Shown one piece after another: positions 12,183 through 23,600 of a stretch of DNA of 64,000 nt. The notes beneath the pieces were generated by a model. That model saw only the letters and a list, made by a program, of their open reading frames with translations, did not search any database and had not been told where the DNA came from. The stretch spans positions 4,588,001 to 4,652,000 of the forward strand of contig CM035358.1 in NCBI GenBank assembly GCA_020137815.1, written 5' to 3'. The stretch is from Hormiphora californensis. Its lineage: Eukaryota > Animalia > Ctenophora. Numbering within the stretch: the stretch's first letter is position 1; each line of letters begins with the position of its first letter. The position numbers were made by a program, and so were the translations under genes.

Positions 12183-13263
12183 AGTTGTGAACTCTCTGTT
12201 TTTTAGGTTTTGAGTATTTTGTGTGCTTTTGAGAAAGTTAATAGATAAATAGACCCGTGACCCATTATAATACCCCAAGTGACCCCAAAAACTCTATCTG
12301 TGACCCCAATTATAGAGAGAAATTGGCTAGAATCTTGGCTATTTCTCTCAACTTTCACAGCTTATTATCAGGGCTGCTATATTTTGTTTTTAAGATCTCT
12401 TATTTGAGAGTCCGGTTATGTTATCGGGTATTACACCATTATTTATTATTTGTGAAAATTCGAAATGTGAAAAAATACCAAGATGAAAAGAGAGGAGAAA
12501 ATTTCGTCGATTCAATTCTTTTTTACGACAATATTTTCAGTTTTCAAGGCGAAATTTTCTTCTCGTATTATTAGCGACATTTATTCTATGTAGAGATTGT
12601 TGCAAGTTTTCACCCTGACCTCTCTCTCTCTCTCTTCACAGAGAGAGGTCAGGTGATAAGTTCTGAGATCTATCTGAACTCTCTTTATATTTTCTGTTCT
12701 GTACATAATTAAACCTTCAGTTTCCAAACCCCCCAAAAATAACCGCCTTTTCTTATTTGCTTTAAAAAGAATGGGAAAGTTCTAGGATTAGGTCACGATT
12801 TGGCTGCTCGTACCTTGTTTTGTAATGGACAGTTGATAAAATGAAGTTACCCTCCCTTGCCGGCGCAAGGGTCTGAGCCGGGGGGTGACGTCACGATTTA
12901 CTAAGTGCTGAAAAAGGCGGCAAGCTTGAAATTCCCCCTCCCTTCTGACATGTCAGGGCATGCCCGCTATTTACACTCCTTCCTCCCTCTTACAAAGATC
13001 GTGTCGTTGCTGTAACGCGCGACGACAAATTCCTGGGTGGGATTCACTCTGCGCGGGGAGAGTGACGCCGAGCTCCCGCCACGGTTTCAACAAAGCTCCT
13101 CTTTGTTCCAGAACGACCTGCTGACAGAGGGTGTGTGTGGCGCCTGCTGGTGTATGAGCATTTGTGAGGTTTTCTGTTCTTAGAGAGCGGGAGTTGAGTA
13201 GAAAATAAAGGTGTTTGCGTCAAATTTCAAAAACAAGAAAGAACTAAGAACAAAACATTAAAT

Positions 13264-13749
13264 TTACTTGCGAGCTTTCTCGGAGATGTTATCCAATTTA
13301 GCAGACATCAAATTGGCGCCTTTAGTTCCTCTTCTGACAAGAGCATTCCCAACTTCCTTGGCCGTATCAACAGTTAACTCAGCCTCCTTTTTCACCCTCT
13401 TAACCATGGCAACCTGCTTCTTCAAATCTTTTATATTGTGTAGGGCGGGTCTGGGGATAAATCCACTCTTCTGTAGCGCTTTCACGATGCTCCTATCTTT
13501 AGCTAAAGGTATGACCTGTTTCAAAAGCATATCATTAGCTATGTTCCCGACAATGCTCCGTTTAGACCGTGCAGCACCACCACTCTTCCTGGACCCAAAC
13601 CGTTTAACAGCATTCGCTACAAGGTCCACCCCACTTGCAATATCATATGCTTTCCCAGCTGAGCCATCAAACGGGAAAACTTGCCTTTTAGGCCGAGCTG
13701 CTTGAGCACTGCAAAAAAGAACGAGCAGACAAACAACAGTGATCTTCAT
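13264..13749 (-). CDS. Intronless secreted basic protein, putative prepropeptide (161 aa)
   Basis: ATG-initiated ORF with signal peptide MKITVVCLLVLFCSAQA and furin/PC-type sites RPKR, VKR, RSKR, VKR, VRR; no family recognised. Confidence 0.65.
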   Translation of the reverse strand: MKITVVCLLVLFCSAQAARPKRQVFPFDGSAGKAYDIASGVDLVANAVKRFGSRKSGGAARSKRSIVGNIANDMLLKQVIPLAKDRSIVKALQKSGFIPRPALHNIKDLKKQVAMVKRVKKEAELTVDTAKEVGNALVRRGTKGANLMSAKLDNISEKARK

Positions 13750-14490
13750 GATGATTGAAAGAGAGAATTTGAGAAGTTTTGTCGTGTTCTAGTGCTTTTA
13801 TTTGATGCACGTGTGAGAGGGAGGGAGTGGTGCAATGGAAGATGGACAAAGGTTAAGTTGGGGCAGCGGAGAGACTTGATAAAGGATTGTACACGTGGTA
13901 ATATCAGCATCACAAAAGAATTTGAATAGACTCAGTATTCAACTAACCATGCTCTTATCATCTCAAGTTTCAATCGTTTTAGAGCATAGGGCACGTGATG
14001 TTGAACGTAGTCAACAATACGGTATTGCCTTTCACGTTTTCCAGTTGAAATAACTGAAGGTATGATGTAGTAGTTGTGCAATAATCCATCGGGCCGGGGA
14101 TGGAACTTGAAGGAGGATTCGAAGCAAAATAAAATTTCCAATTTCATGTTTTTAAAACGAGAAAGGACAACTTTACAATATTTTTACACACATCCTATCA
14201 AAAAGCTAACACAGCTCTACAATCATTATAGCTCTACTCACATTGAAAATACTACGAGATTTCAGGCACAAAACCACACGTGTTCCTGATTTTACACAAG
14301 GAACACTTCGTGTGCACTTTCACTTTCAAAATTCGGCAACTTTGAAAATCAGTAGTAGAGTTCCGTTACGGCGGAAGAGTGCTCGATCGCGACAGGTGTT
14401 ACTGCTTGTTGAGTAAGGGGGAAGAGTGTGAGAGGGTTCTCAACAAGTTACTGCGGTAGTTTTTCCTTTGTGTAACTTTGAAAATCACAT

Positions 14491-14523
<33 letters not shown>

Positions 14524-14689
14524 AATTCAAATATATTAATTCAAAGTTGCCGAATTTAATACTCCACTCTTTTTTTTTCTTCTCAAAATATTTTAACTAT
14601 TTTCAACCTAAAAAGGTACACATTATTATCTAACACTTGTCGGTATACAATCCAGTCTTTCACATTAACAGAAGGAGAGAATTTGAAGA

Positions 14690-17600
14690 TCACCGCCAAA
14701 TTGGTTCAGTTCTGGGTCGCCCTGGAAACTGTTTCCGATAAAGTCTGGACAACCCTTCCTCCGTGGGATCCGGTAGCGGCCATACCTCCTCTACATGCAA
14801 TGGTGCTGAGGAAGGTGGTGCTGTTGGGGGTTCCCGTGTTGGTGGGGGTGGTTGTTGGTACTCAGACGTTATTGGATCTTCTTCTTTAATCTCCTCCTGT
14901 AGATGTAATGGGAATGTTGGTGTGCTCTAAATTATAGTCATGTTCAACATGATGTCATGTGATCTAATTATGTGATGGTTTAGAACCCCGAGGAGGTCTA
15001 GGACAAGGCATCTCATTGACACGTGTAGTGTGTACTACGGTAGGTAATTAGTGACCGTGTATTGTGGTGCCCAACAACTAAACATTGCAAGAGAAGCTAG
15101 GAGTAGGAACGTGTTCATTACCTGTGTTGGTGGTAATGTGCCCGTTGATTGCTAAATAATAACATCTCGTTCATGCCGGGGCAGGGCCGGGGTGCTGGGA
15201 AAGTTGGGAAACTCATTTAGCATCAGTTTGTTCAATCTCGGCGCTGGCAGGCTCTCCGTGGTGTTCGTCTTGGAGAGCTCGAAATCAGTTGGTTTTGGTA
15301 TGGTCAGATCAAATCTGATTGCAGCCAGGTGTTTCGGAGGTGGTGGTGGTCTGATTATGCTTTCGGAACTACTGGTGACACATTTCCGACCTGCAGGGAG
15401 AGACGGGATCGTGATCAGGTCCCTGCAGGGACTGTGAGGGATACACAGGATGGTGATGGATAAACAGGATATAATGTAACCCTAGACTTTGTGGGGTTTT
15501 GAGTTTATAATAACTATTGAAGTCTCCCCTAATTCACCCACCAGTAACTATTTGAAAATGAAACACTCACCTAACAGGAAATCATGCCCCTGCTGCTTCT
15601 CTCCCCCCACTGTGTAACTATTTAATGTTGGAAACACTCACCTAACAGGAAATTATGCCCCTGATGCTTCTCTCCCCCCACTGTGTAACTATTTAATGTT
15701 GGAAACACTCACCTAACAGGAAATCATGCCCCTGCTGCTTCTCTCCCCCACTGTGTAACTATTTAGTGTTGGAAACACTCACCTAACAGGAAATCATGCC
15801 CCTGCTGCTTCTCTCCGCCCACTGTGGCTGCTCCTCCAAAGGTTCTCCTGTAGTCACCCACTATTTCATTAGTAGTAGCATCCGCTGACACCTTCTTGAC
15901 ATTGACACTTGGTGGAGGGGAAGGGTTCTCCTTCAATGACTTTAGGTAGTCAATCCTATCTCTGACGTCCAGTTCACGGCGTTTTTGTTCTTCAATTAGA
16001 ATTGTACTCATCTGTGGGAAAAGAGAATTGTTACTTGTTGCTATAGGTACTAGCGAGATATATATAGGAAATATTTTAGTTGGCAAGATTATATTGCGAT
16101 AGATCCTTGTTGTAAAAACTAGATCCTGGTTACAGTGAGAGAAAGAACACTAACCTGTGCCTTGTCGTACTGAGACTCAGCCTGCCTCCTTAGCCTCACA
16201 AACTCTTGATACTCCTTTACAGATCTCTGGGATCGTGTGTTCTGGTCACGTAGTAGCAACACCTAGAGGAGATGGGAGATAATATATAATGACACTATCT
16301 TAGGCACTCCCTCCTGCCCCTGACCGGTAAAAACATTATTTATGTGGCTCACATCGTCATTTTATTTCTGTGATGGTAAGGTAGATCAAGGCATGATTTG
16401 TTATGCTCTAACCCTGGCGGGGTCGAGTAAGGCAAGGCATGATGATAAGCGTGTGAATACTTCAAACCTGTTCCTGAGAGGCGGCAGTGTTATCATCTCG
16501 TATTGCTCTCCTATCATGCCGTGCAAGAGCCTTGGAAAGAGAGGCATTCTGGCAACTAAAGTCAATCATGAACTGTTTATATTGTTTCCTATCTTTAGCT
16601 TCTCTCTTTCTATCTTCTCGTTTTTTCACCAGAGCCAGGACTTCCCTTCTTTCAGCATCCTGGAAAAGAGGAGTTTTAGAAGGCTGCTACCCGGGGAAGC
16701 AGGAACCGACCGAACCAAGTAAACAACCAATCAGAGCTGGTTATTTAGGGCACGTGACTGGTTATCAGCCAATCAGGGGCCAGTATTTCCTGATTCGGTC
16801 GGTTCCTGCGGGGAAGCCACTAGCCAGCTAAGTTCAGGGAATAAATAAAGATGAAAGGTTTGAAGCCAGTATAAATAACACAAGTTCCTAACACAAATTG
16901 CTTGTAAAATTAGTGTGAGACACCTACATGTTGTTACATTGTGTGACCTACATGTTGTTTGTAGATGCTCTCCCTGATTCTCGTATCATCAAGTTCCCTC
17001 TTGTGCAGTGCCTCAATTCGGGTTGCGTTCTTTATAGCATCAACCCTCGCCAGAGTCACCTGGAATATTTATAGGGTGGTCCATAAATTATGTGGAACTA
17101 ATTGTATTACTATATTTGTTGAGTAAGGGGGTGAGGGGGGTCACCCCTTTACTTACTCTGAACGTAAAAAATGCTTGACAAAGTCTGATACCTTATGTTG
17201 ATGTCTTTGGAGTAGTACTCTGTCCTGTCGAGCTGCATTGGCCTCAACCTGGGCCCTGTTCTTATACGCCTGATGGGGGTTAGGATGGTGGTGTTGTGCA
17301 CCATGGGGGGTCTGGTTTGGATGAGTAAGATGATATAATGTGGAGAAAGCTGTGACAAGAGAGAAGGCACCCCGACACATGATGTACAGGACAGGCCAGG
17401 AATTTAATAAAATGTGTAATAATGCGTAACGAACCCCCGATTTTATGTTCATTTCTTGAAATTACCCAAACGTGATGGCGCGACCCGGCTCACCTGTTGA
17501 ACAGCTTTAAGACAGGACAGTGCCATGCTGTCTTGAATCTTTAGGAACAGGCACTGCGAGTTACTAGTCGGTGCTTTCTTTGCCTCTCTTACAGTTGGTG

Positions 17601-20600
17601 GTCTGTATTTCTAAAAAGGGATTATTGGGTGTAGTTAGGGGTAGGGGACCTGTTATAAAACTGTCTGACTCCATTTTGAATTCTCAGATCAGTGTCCGCG
17701 GGGCCAGAGTGAAACAGAATGAAATAATATTTGTGTTTGAATAATGCTTTGTTATATACATGCTGTATCCCACCTGTACGTCTCGGTAATGTTTTGCAGC
17801 CTCTCTAACCACTCTCCCAGCCTCCCTGCAACTTGTAACAATATCCCTGAACTGTTGGGGCTCTTGGAGGGATGTTTTCTCTGCCACTAACTCTAATCCG
17901 TCCGGGGGAGTAACAATTCTGGTTTCCTCTGCAGCGGTCAATGCTTCTTGGACCTTACCTAGGGGAAGTGTACCTGGACTTTGCTAGTTAATATAGTCGG
18001 TGTAATAATTGTATCAGGTCGCGAGACATCTGCAGTTTGATTTGGCAGCAGTTTAAAAGTAAGACCATGCATGGTTTATAGGGATTCTACTGTCAATTTA
18101 CGGGAATTAATAAGTCCCACTAATCTACCTGATCGTTTCTCAAAGACATTTCCCTCGAGACCCGCCATGAAAGGAACAGCACCCCATATCTTGGTAAAGG
18201 AAGTTTTCGTTTTTATGTTTGCCAGTAGTTTCGCACTACTTATCCTAAACGGCACTTTCTCTTGTGTTTTCTGGGAGGGAGGGTGGGGTGTCAGCTTTGA
18301 TCGACTGCTTTTCAATCTCATTAAAACCGGTTTGGCTCTGCAGCTGCAGCTTAGGAATGAACAAAACTGGGGGTCTTCGTTGCTATGTCAGTTGCTAACC
18401 AGACACCATGAATCGCGCGCAGAGCCTCACCTGACGCGCATCGCGCCATACAAACATGTGCGCAGTAAATAGTGGCCCAAAATTGTGTCAAATCATGATT
18501 ATTGGCACAAATTTGGACCCCAATTCAGGAATAACAAGAATAAATGCGTTATCCTTATTATAAAGTACAAATGAACGTCGTGAGGAGGATGGTGACCTAT
18601 CATCACGTGCAAATGGTGGGGTGTTGCCAAGGAGGTGGCTTGGGAGGGGTATTGGAGGGGGGATACTGCACGTGCATGTTGTTGATTGTTTGTTGTGTGT
18701 TCCTGTGTGGTGTTTCGTGGTGTTTTAGGATCTACTGCTGGGGCCCCCATGATTGCCAAAGCCTTTCTACCTACGTACCCCGTTGATTCTCTACACAGCT
18801 ACAATTCTACGGATCTTTATCACCTGATTCTTCATGTTATTCAGCGGGATTTCCCTTGATGTTTATCACCAGCGCTCTACCACTACCAACCTCCGTATTC
18901 TTTACCCCGACATGGAGAGACAAAGAGTGAGAGGGGAGGGGAGGCATAGAGACGGGTGGGGCGGGGGGCTGTTGTGGGATCTCAATGGGCTTTCTAGTCC
19001 TTATTATAATTTGCAAATGAACGTCGTGATGAGGAGGAGGATGTCCTATCCTCACGTGCAAATAGAGGGGGGTTGCCAAGGAGGTGCTCTGGGAGGGGTA
19101 TTGGAGGGGGGATACTGCACGTGCATGTTGTTGGTTGTTTGTTTCGTGTTCCTGTGGTTGTTGTTGTTGGTGTTTTGGGATCTACTGCTGGGGCCGCCAT
19201 GATTGCAAAAGCTTTTCTACCTACGTACCCCATTGATTCTCTTCACAGCTACAATTCTACGGATCTTTATCACCTGATGATTCTACATGTTATTCAGTGG
19301 GATTTCCCTTGATGTTTATCACCGGCGCTCTACCACTACCAACCTCCGAATTCTGTACCCCGACATGTCACATGTGAGAGGGGGGGGGGCATAGATATGG
19401 ATGGGTGGGGGGGTGTTGTAGGACTTCAATGGGCTTTCTAGTCTATATTATAAAGCAGAGATGCTTGCAAGACAAAATTTGGAGGAGGGGGTTTTAGGGC
19501 TTGCACGTGGAAAATTGACGTGTTGTTAGGGGTGGTTGGTGGGGGGTTTGGGGAGTTGCCATGATGGTGGGCAAGAGTTTAATACTGCACGTGCATGTTG
19601 TTGGGTGTTTTATTGCGTGTTCCTGTCGTGTTTTGTGGTGCTTGGCCATCTACTGCTGCTGCCCCGATGAATGCCACAGCTTTTCTACCAACGTATCCCA
19701 GCTTTAATAACTCTGCACAGCTCCAGTTCTACGGATCTTTATCACCTGATTCGGTATGTTCTTCAGCTGCAGTACTCTAAAGACTTCCCTGTACCAGCTT
19801 CCATATTCACCAGCCCGATATGAAGACGACGATAGAGAGAAAGAGGGGGAGAGAGGGGGAGAGAGAGAGAGAGAGAGGGGGGGGGAGAGAGAATGATGAG
19901 GTTAGAGGGATAGAGAGAAGGGGATAGATGGAGACTATCCATTGGAGAGGGGACAGCCGACAGGGAAAGAGACGGAGATGGAGAGGGGGGAGAGAGAGAC
20001 ATAGAGACCGGGGGGGGGGGGGGGGGGTTGTTGTAGGACTCCAACTGGCTGTAAGGGGGTTATGGGGTGAGTTGGTCAACATAGCCCGGGGGCGGAGGAG
20101 GGAGGGTGCTGAAGAATGAGTATTCAATATAAATGTGGGACGAGAGCAGTCAGTAGATATTGAGAGGATTCGATAGGGGTGGGAGGAGTCAGTAGGGGGC
20201 GAGAGGAGTTTTGGGTCTTTTGCCTGGGCTCTCTAGTGTTTCATAATGCTATGTTTCCCCGCCAACCTTTCATTCCTAACATGAAGGCGGGACAGACAAA
20301 TCGGATGATTTATAGATCACGCAAACAGTATAGAACAATTCCTTGTGTTTTAGTTGCACTAAAGTGCGCGCCACATTGCGGAATTGCGCGCCACATATTT
20401 CCTGAAAACGTTTCAATGAAGTGGTTTATGAAGGAGCAGGTTGTTGTTGTGTGTGCGGCTCTAGTTGCTACATGTTGCCCCTCGCAACCTGAAACGGGAC
20501 AAGAGAGCTGACTTGCTACACCTAGTCACTATATCCGTTTAGATTTCTAAACCCCTATGTCTTTTTGCAAAAGGCATCCGGGTGAAGGCCTTCGGGCGGG

Positions 20601-23600
20601 AAAAAATGATATTATATGGGCCAGTCATGTGGGTTCTATTTGCAATGAGGGCTGCCATACATGGCGATTGTCAGGTACTGAGCCGCTCTTGTTTGTTTGT
20701 TTGTTTGTTGTTAGGAAATGTGTGGCTGCACTAAAGGTGATCCTTCAGGACATTCACGGCCGCATTATCCCAATCAGGGCACATTACAAGATTAGAATGT
20801 CTGACAAAACAAGTGCTGTGAATTGAGATTTAGTTAACCCTCGTACGACGAATTACTAGGGGAAATAGAAGATACACTTTACTCAAACGTTTGCAGTATG
20901 TGCTAGTGCTATCTACGAGCAACTGTGCTAGGTAGCCTAATTTTGTCTTCAGAAGAGTGGGCCACACAGAAAAATTACATTAGGGCCAGGGAATGCAATA
21001 TGATATGGTAGTATTTTCATTATTCAGCTTTATTCTTTGAGTTTGCAGCATGAGTGAAGCACGAGTGAGTAATATTTTTCCGTTTTTCAGTTTTCCCAGT
21101 TGGTTCAGAATCTGTTCTCTGAACATTTCATCTGTGTCTATATATATATGGAGTGATCAAGTGACAGTGGTGACAATTAACCTGTGGCCTTTTTCGAGTT
21201 TTTTCTAATTTTGTCTGTTATGAGCCTAATCTGTTTTCCACTTATATGTGAGCCGAATAATTTGGATTTTCCACCGTTTTTTAGTAGTCTATTATATATT
21301 AAATTGGGTCAAGTGTTAGTTAACTGCTCTGAGTTTCTTTCAGTGGCAGCATCTGTAAAGCTCTGCTGTCCCTGTAGAATATGGGCAGGATATAAGTATG
21401 AGTATTATTATTATTATTATTATGTTGTGTGGTAGCAGGTATCGACCAAAACTAAACTTCACGGCATTTAGAACTGCCAACTGTCTTATTTTCGAGGAAA
21501 AAGTCTGAGGATCTAAGACTGAGAAACCGTTGAGCGTAGATAGTGGCCATATTGATCCTTGCAATCACGCCGCCCGCAAGTTCTAAATGCCATTTGTTTA
21601 GCAGGCCCTAACATGAAACTTTTCCCCAGTTATAGCTATCCTGGTATGCTGATCATATTCCTTCTCCTACCACTCTTCTCTACGGCTTACTCCGGAAATA
21701 TCCTGATTATCGCACTTGATACAGGCTCCCATCTGACTGCTCCCTACGACATAGCGGTGACGCTTGCCAGCGGAGGACACAATGTCACCTTTGTGAGCGC
21801 TGTCCGAGGTGGTGAAGCACCATTTCCCTGTCCTGGGGTGACATGGGTTGATCTTCCAGTGGGGGACCATAAACGAGACATGAAAAGAAGTATGAGCGAG
21901 TGTGTCCATGATTTAACAACTTCAAACAGTCCCATGTCCTCAGTTTGCATCCGCAGTTGGACACGTGTCATAGGAAACGTCCGCAAAGTTATCCAAACAC
22001 CTGAATTTCTCACCCTCGCCAGATCTTCAGATATACTCATTTCGGAGATGCCCGGTCCGGCAGGTATATCTGCTCTGGGGAACCTCCTCAATGTGCCCGT
22101 GGTGTCTTATTCACCACGCAACTATGCAGTGGATGCCCTCGCAGCAGGAAACTTACCCTCCCTACTAGCAACTCAACCCGGGGGACTGCTCGAGAAGAAC
22201 TTTCATCGACCCCCAAGATTTTGGGAGAAAATGGAAAGTGCCTATGAAATTGCGTTTTTTATGGTTCCTTTTTTAAAGATGTTCCATGGCAATCAGCTGA
22301 TTGCCGAAGAGGAAATTGGGGCGAAAAGTGAGGGAGCGATCAAGTTGTTCCTTACTAATGACCAAGAGGCAATGTCATTTCCGTGTCTCCGAGCCCCCAA
22401 TGACTTCCTTGTTGGAGCGATATCCCTCCTTCAATCTGATCCTGAACCCCTGAGCCCTGAGTTGGCAGAGTTCGTTGAGCCTGGTGTAATTTTAGTTTCC
22501 TTCGGAAGTTATGCTACAATTGACGACTATCCCTGGTTTGGACAGCTGGTGAAAACTCTGGAAGGATTGGACACCAGGGTTGTTATCAAATCGGACAAAC
22601 AATTCCCAACTGGAGGAAAATTCCTGGGCATGTCCTGGCTTCCCCAGCGAGCTCTCCTTGCCTCGGGAAAAGTGAAAATGTTCGTTAGCCACTGTGGCAA
22701 CAATGGCCGAATTGAAACTATTTTCTATGGTGTTCCAGTGCTTTGTATCCCACTTTTCGGTGACCAGGATCTGAATGCTGAGCTTGTGAAATTCCGAGGA
22801 TTCGGTGAAATTTTGGTGAAGGAAAATGTTGAAGATGCTGAGGCTAAGATCAAGGGCATGCTGGAAAATCTTCCAACCTACAAAGCCAAAATGGACCGAG
22901 CAGCTAAGCGAGTCAAGGAGAGTTATACTCGAGAGAGGTTACTGGGGCTTGTTGGAGAGTTGGCGGAACATGGAGAGTTGGACTATTTGGTCAACAAGAT
23001 AGCCCTACAACAGGGAGTGATAGAGCAGGGAGTTTGGGATGTTGTTGGGGCCATTGTGATCCCGCTATTGCTGGTCATGTTGGGCCTGTTGTATGGGGTT
23101 GTGAGGTGTGTCAAGTGGGTGTGTTGTGCTAAGCGAAAGAGTAAGGAGGAATAGAACTGTGTTGGTGTAGGAATGTTTTTTGATTTTTGTTACCATATAC
23201 CTTACTCTCGTTAATTAAGCTCGCATATTTCAAGAAACTTTTAAATAAGAAACTTTTTTTCTAGGAAACTACAGGTGTAAGCAATCCAAAAACAAAAAGA
23301 ATTTCTCCTTTATCAAGAAACTAAACAAGTTAGGGGTGTTCTATTTTGTTGTGGTGTCTCTGAGTTGTGTGATTTACATTTGAAAAGTTTCTTATAAAAA
23401 AGTTTCTTACTAAAGCGTTTCTTAAAAAACGAGAGTAAGGTATATTATTAACTTGTTGTATGACTAAGTTTTTAAGAGTCCAGAGGTAAGTAGCTGATTC
23501 CAGACATCTAAACCCCAGCTATTATTCCCGGTAAAAAATGATAGGGTAGCGACTGGCTATTTGAAATGGCGGCTAATTTGAAACAGCCCCTCTACTGTCT

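Noticed and set aside
14329-14558. Inverted pair AAATTCGGCAACTTTGAA / TTCAAAGTTGCCGAATTT as a regulatory structure
   Set aside because: More simply a decayed MITE remnant; no further support.
19775-19810. Walker A-like EAGTGKS on the minus strand
   Set aside because: Not conserved in the other three repeat copies, surrounded by stops, no helicase context.
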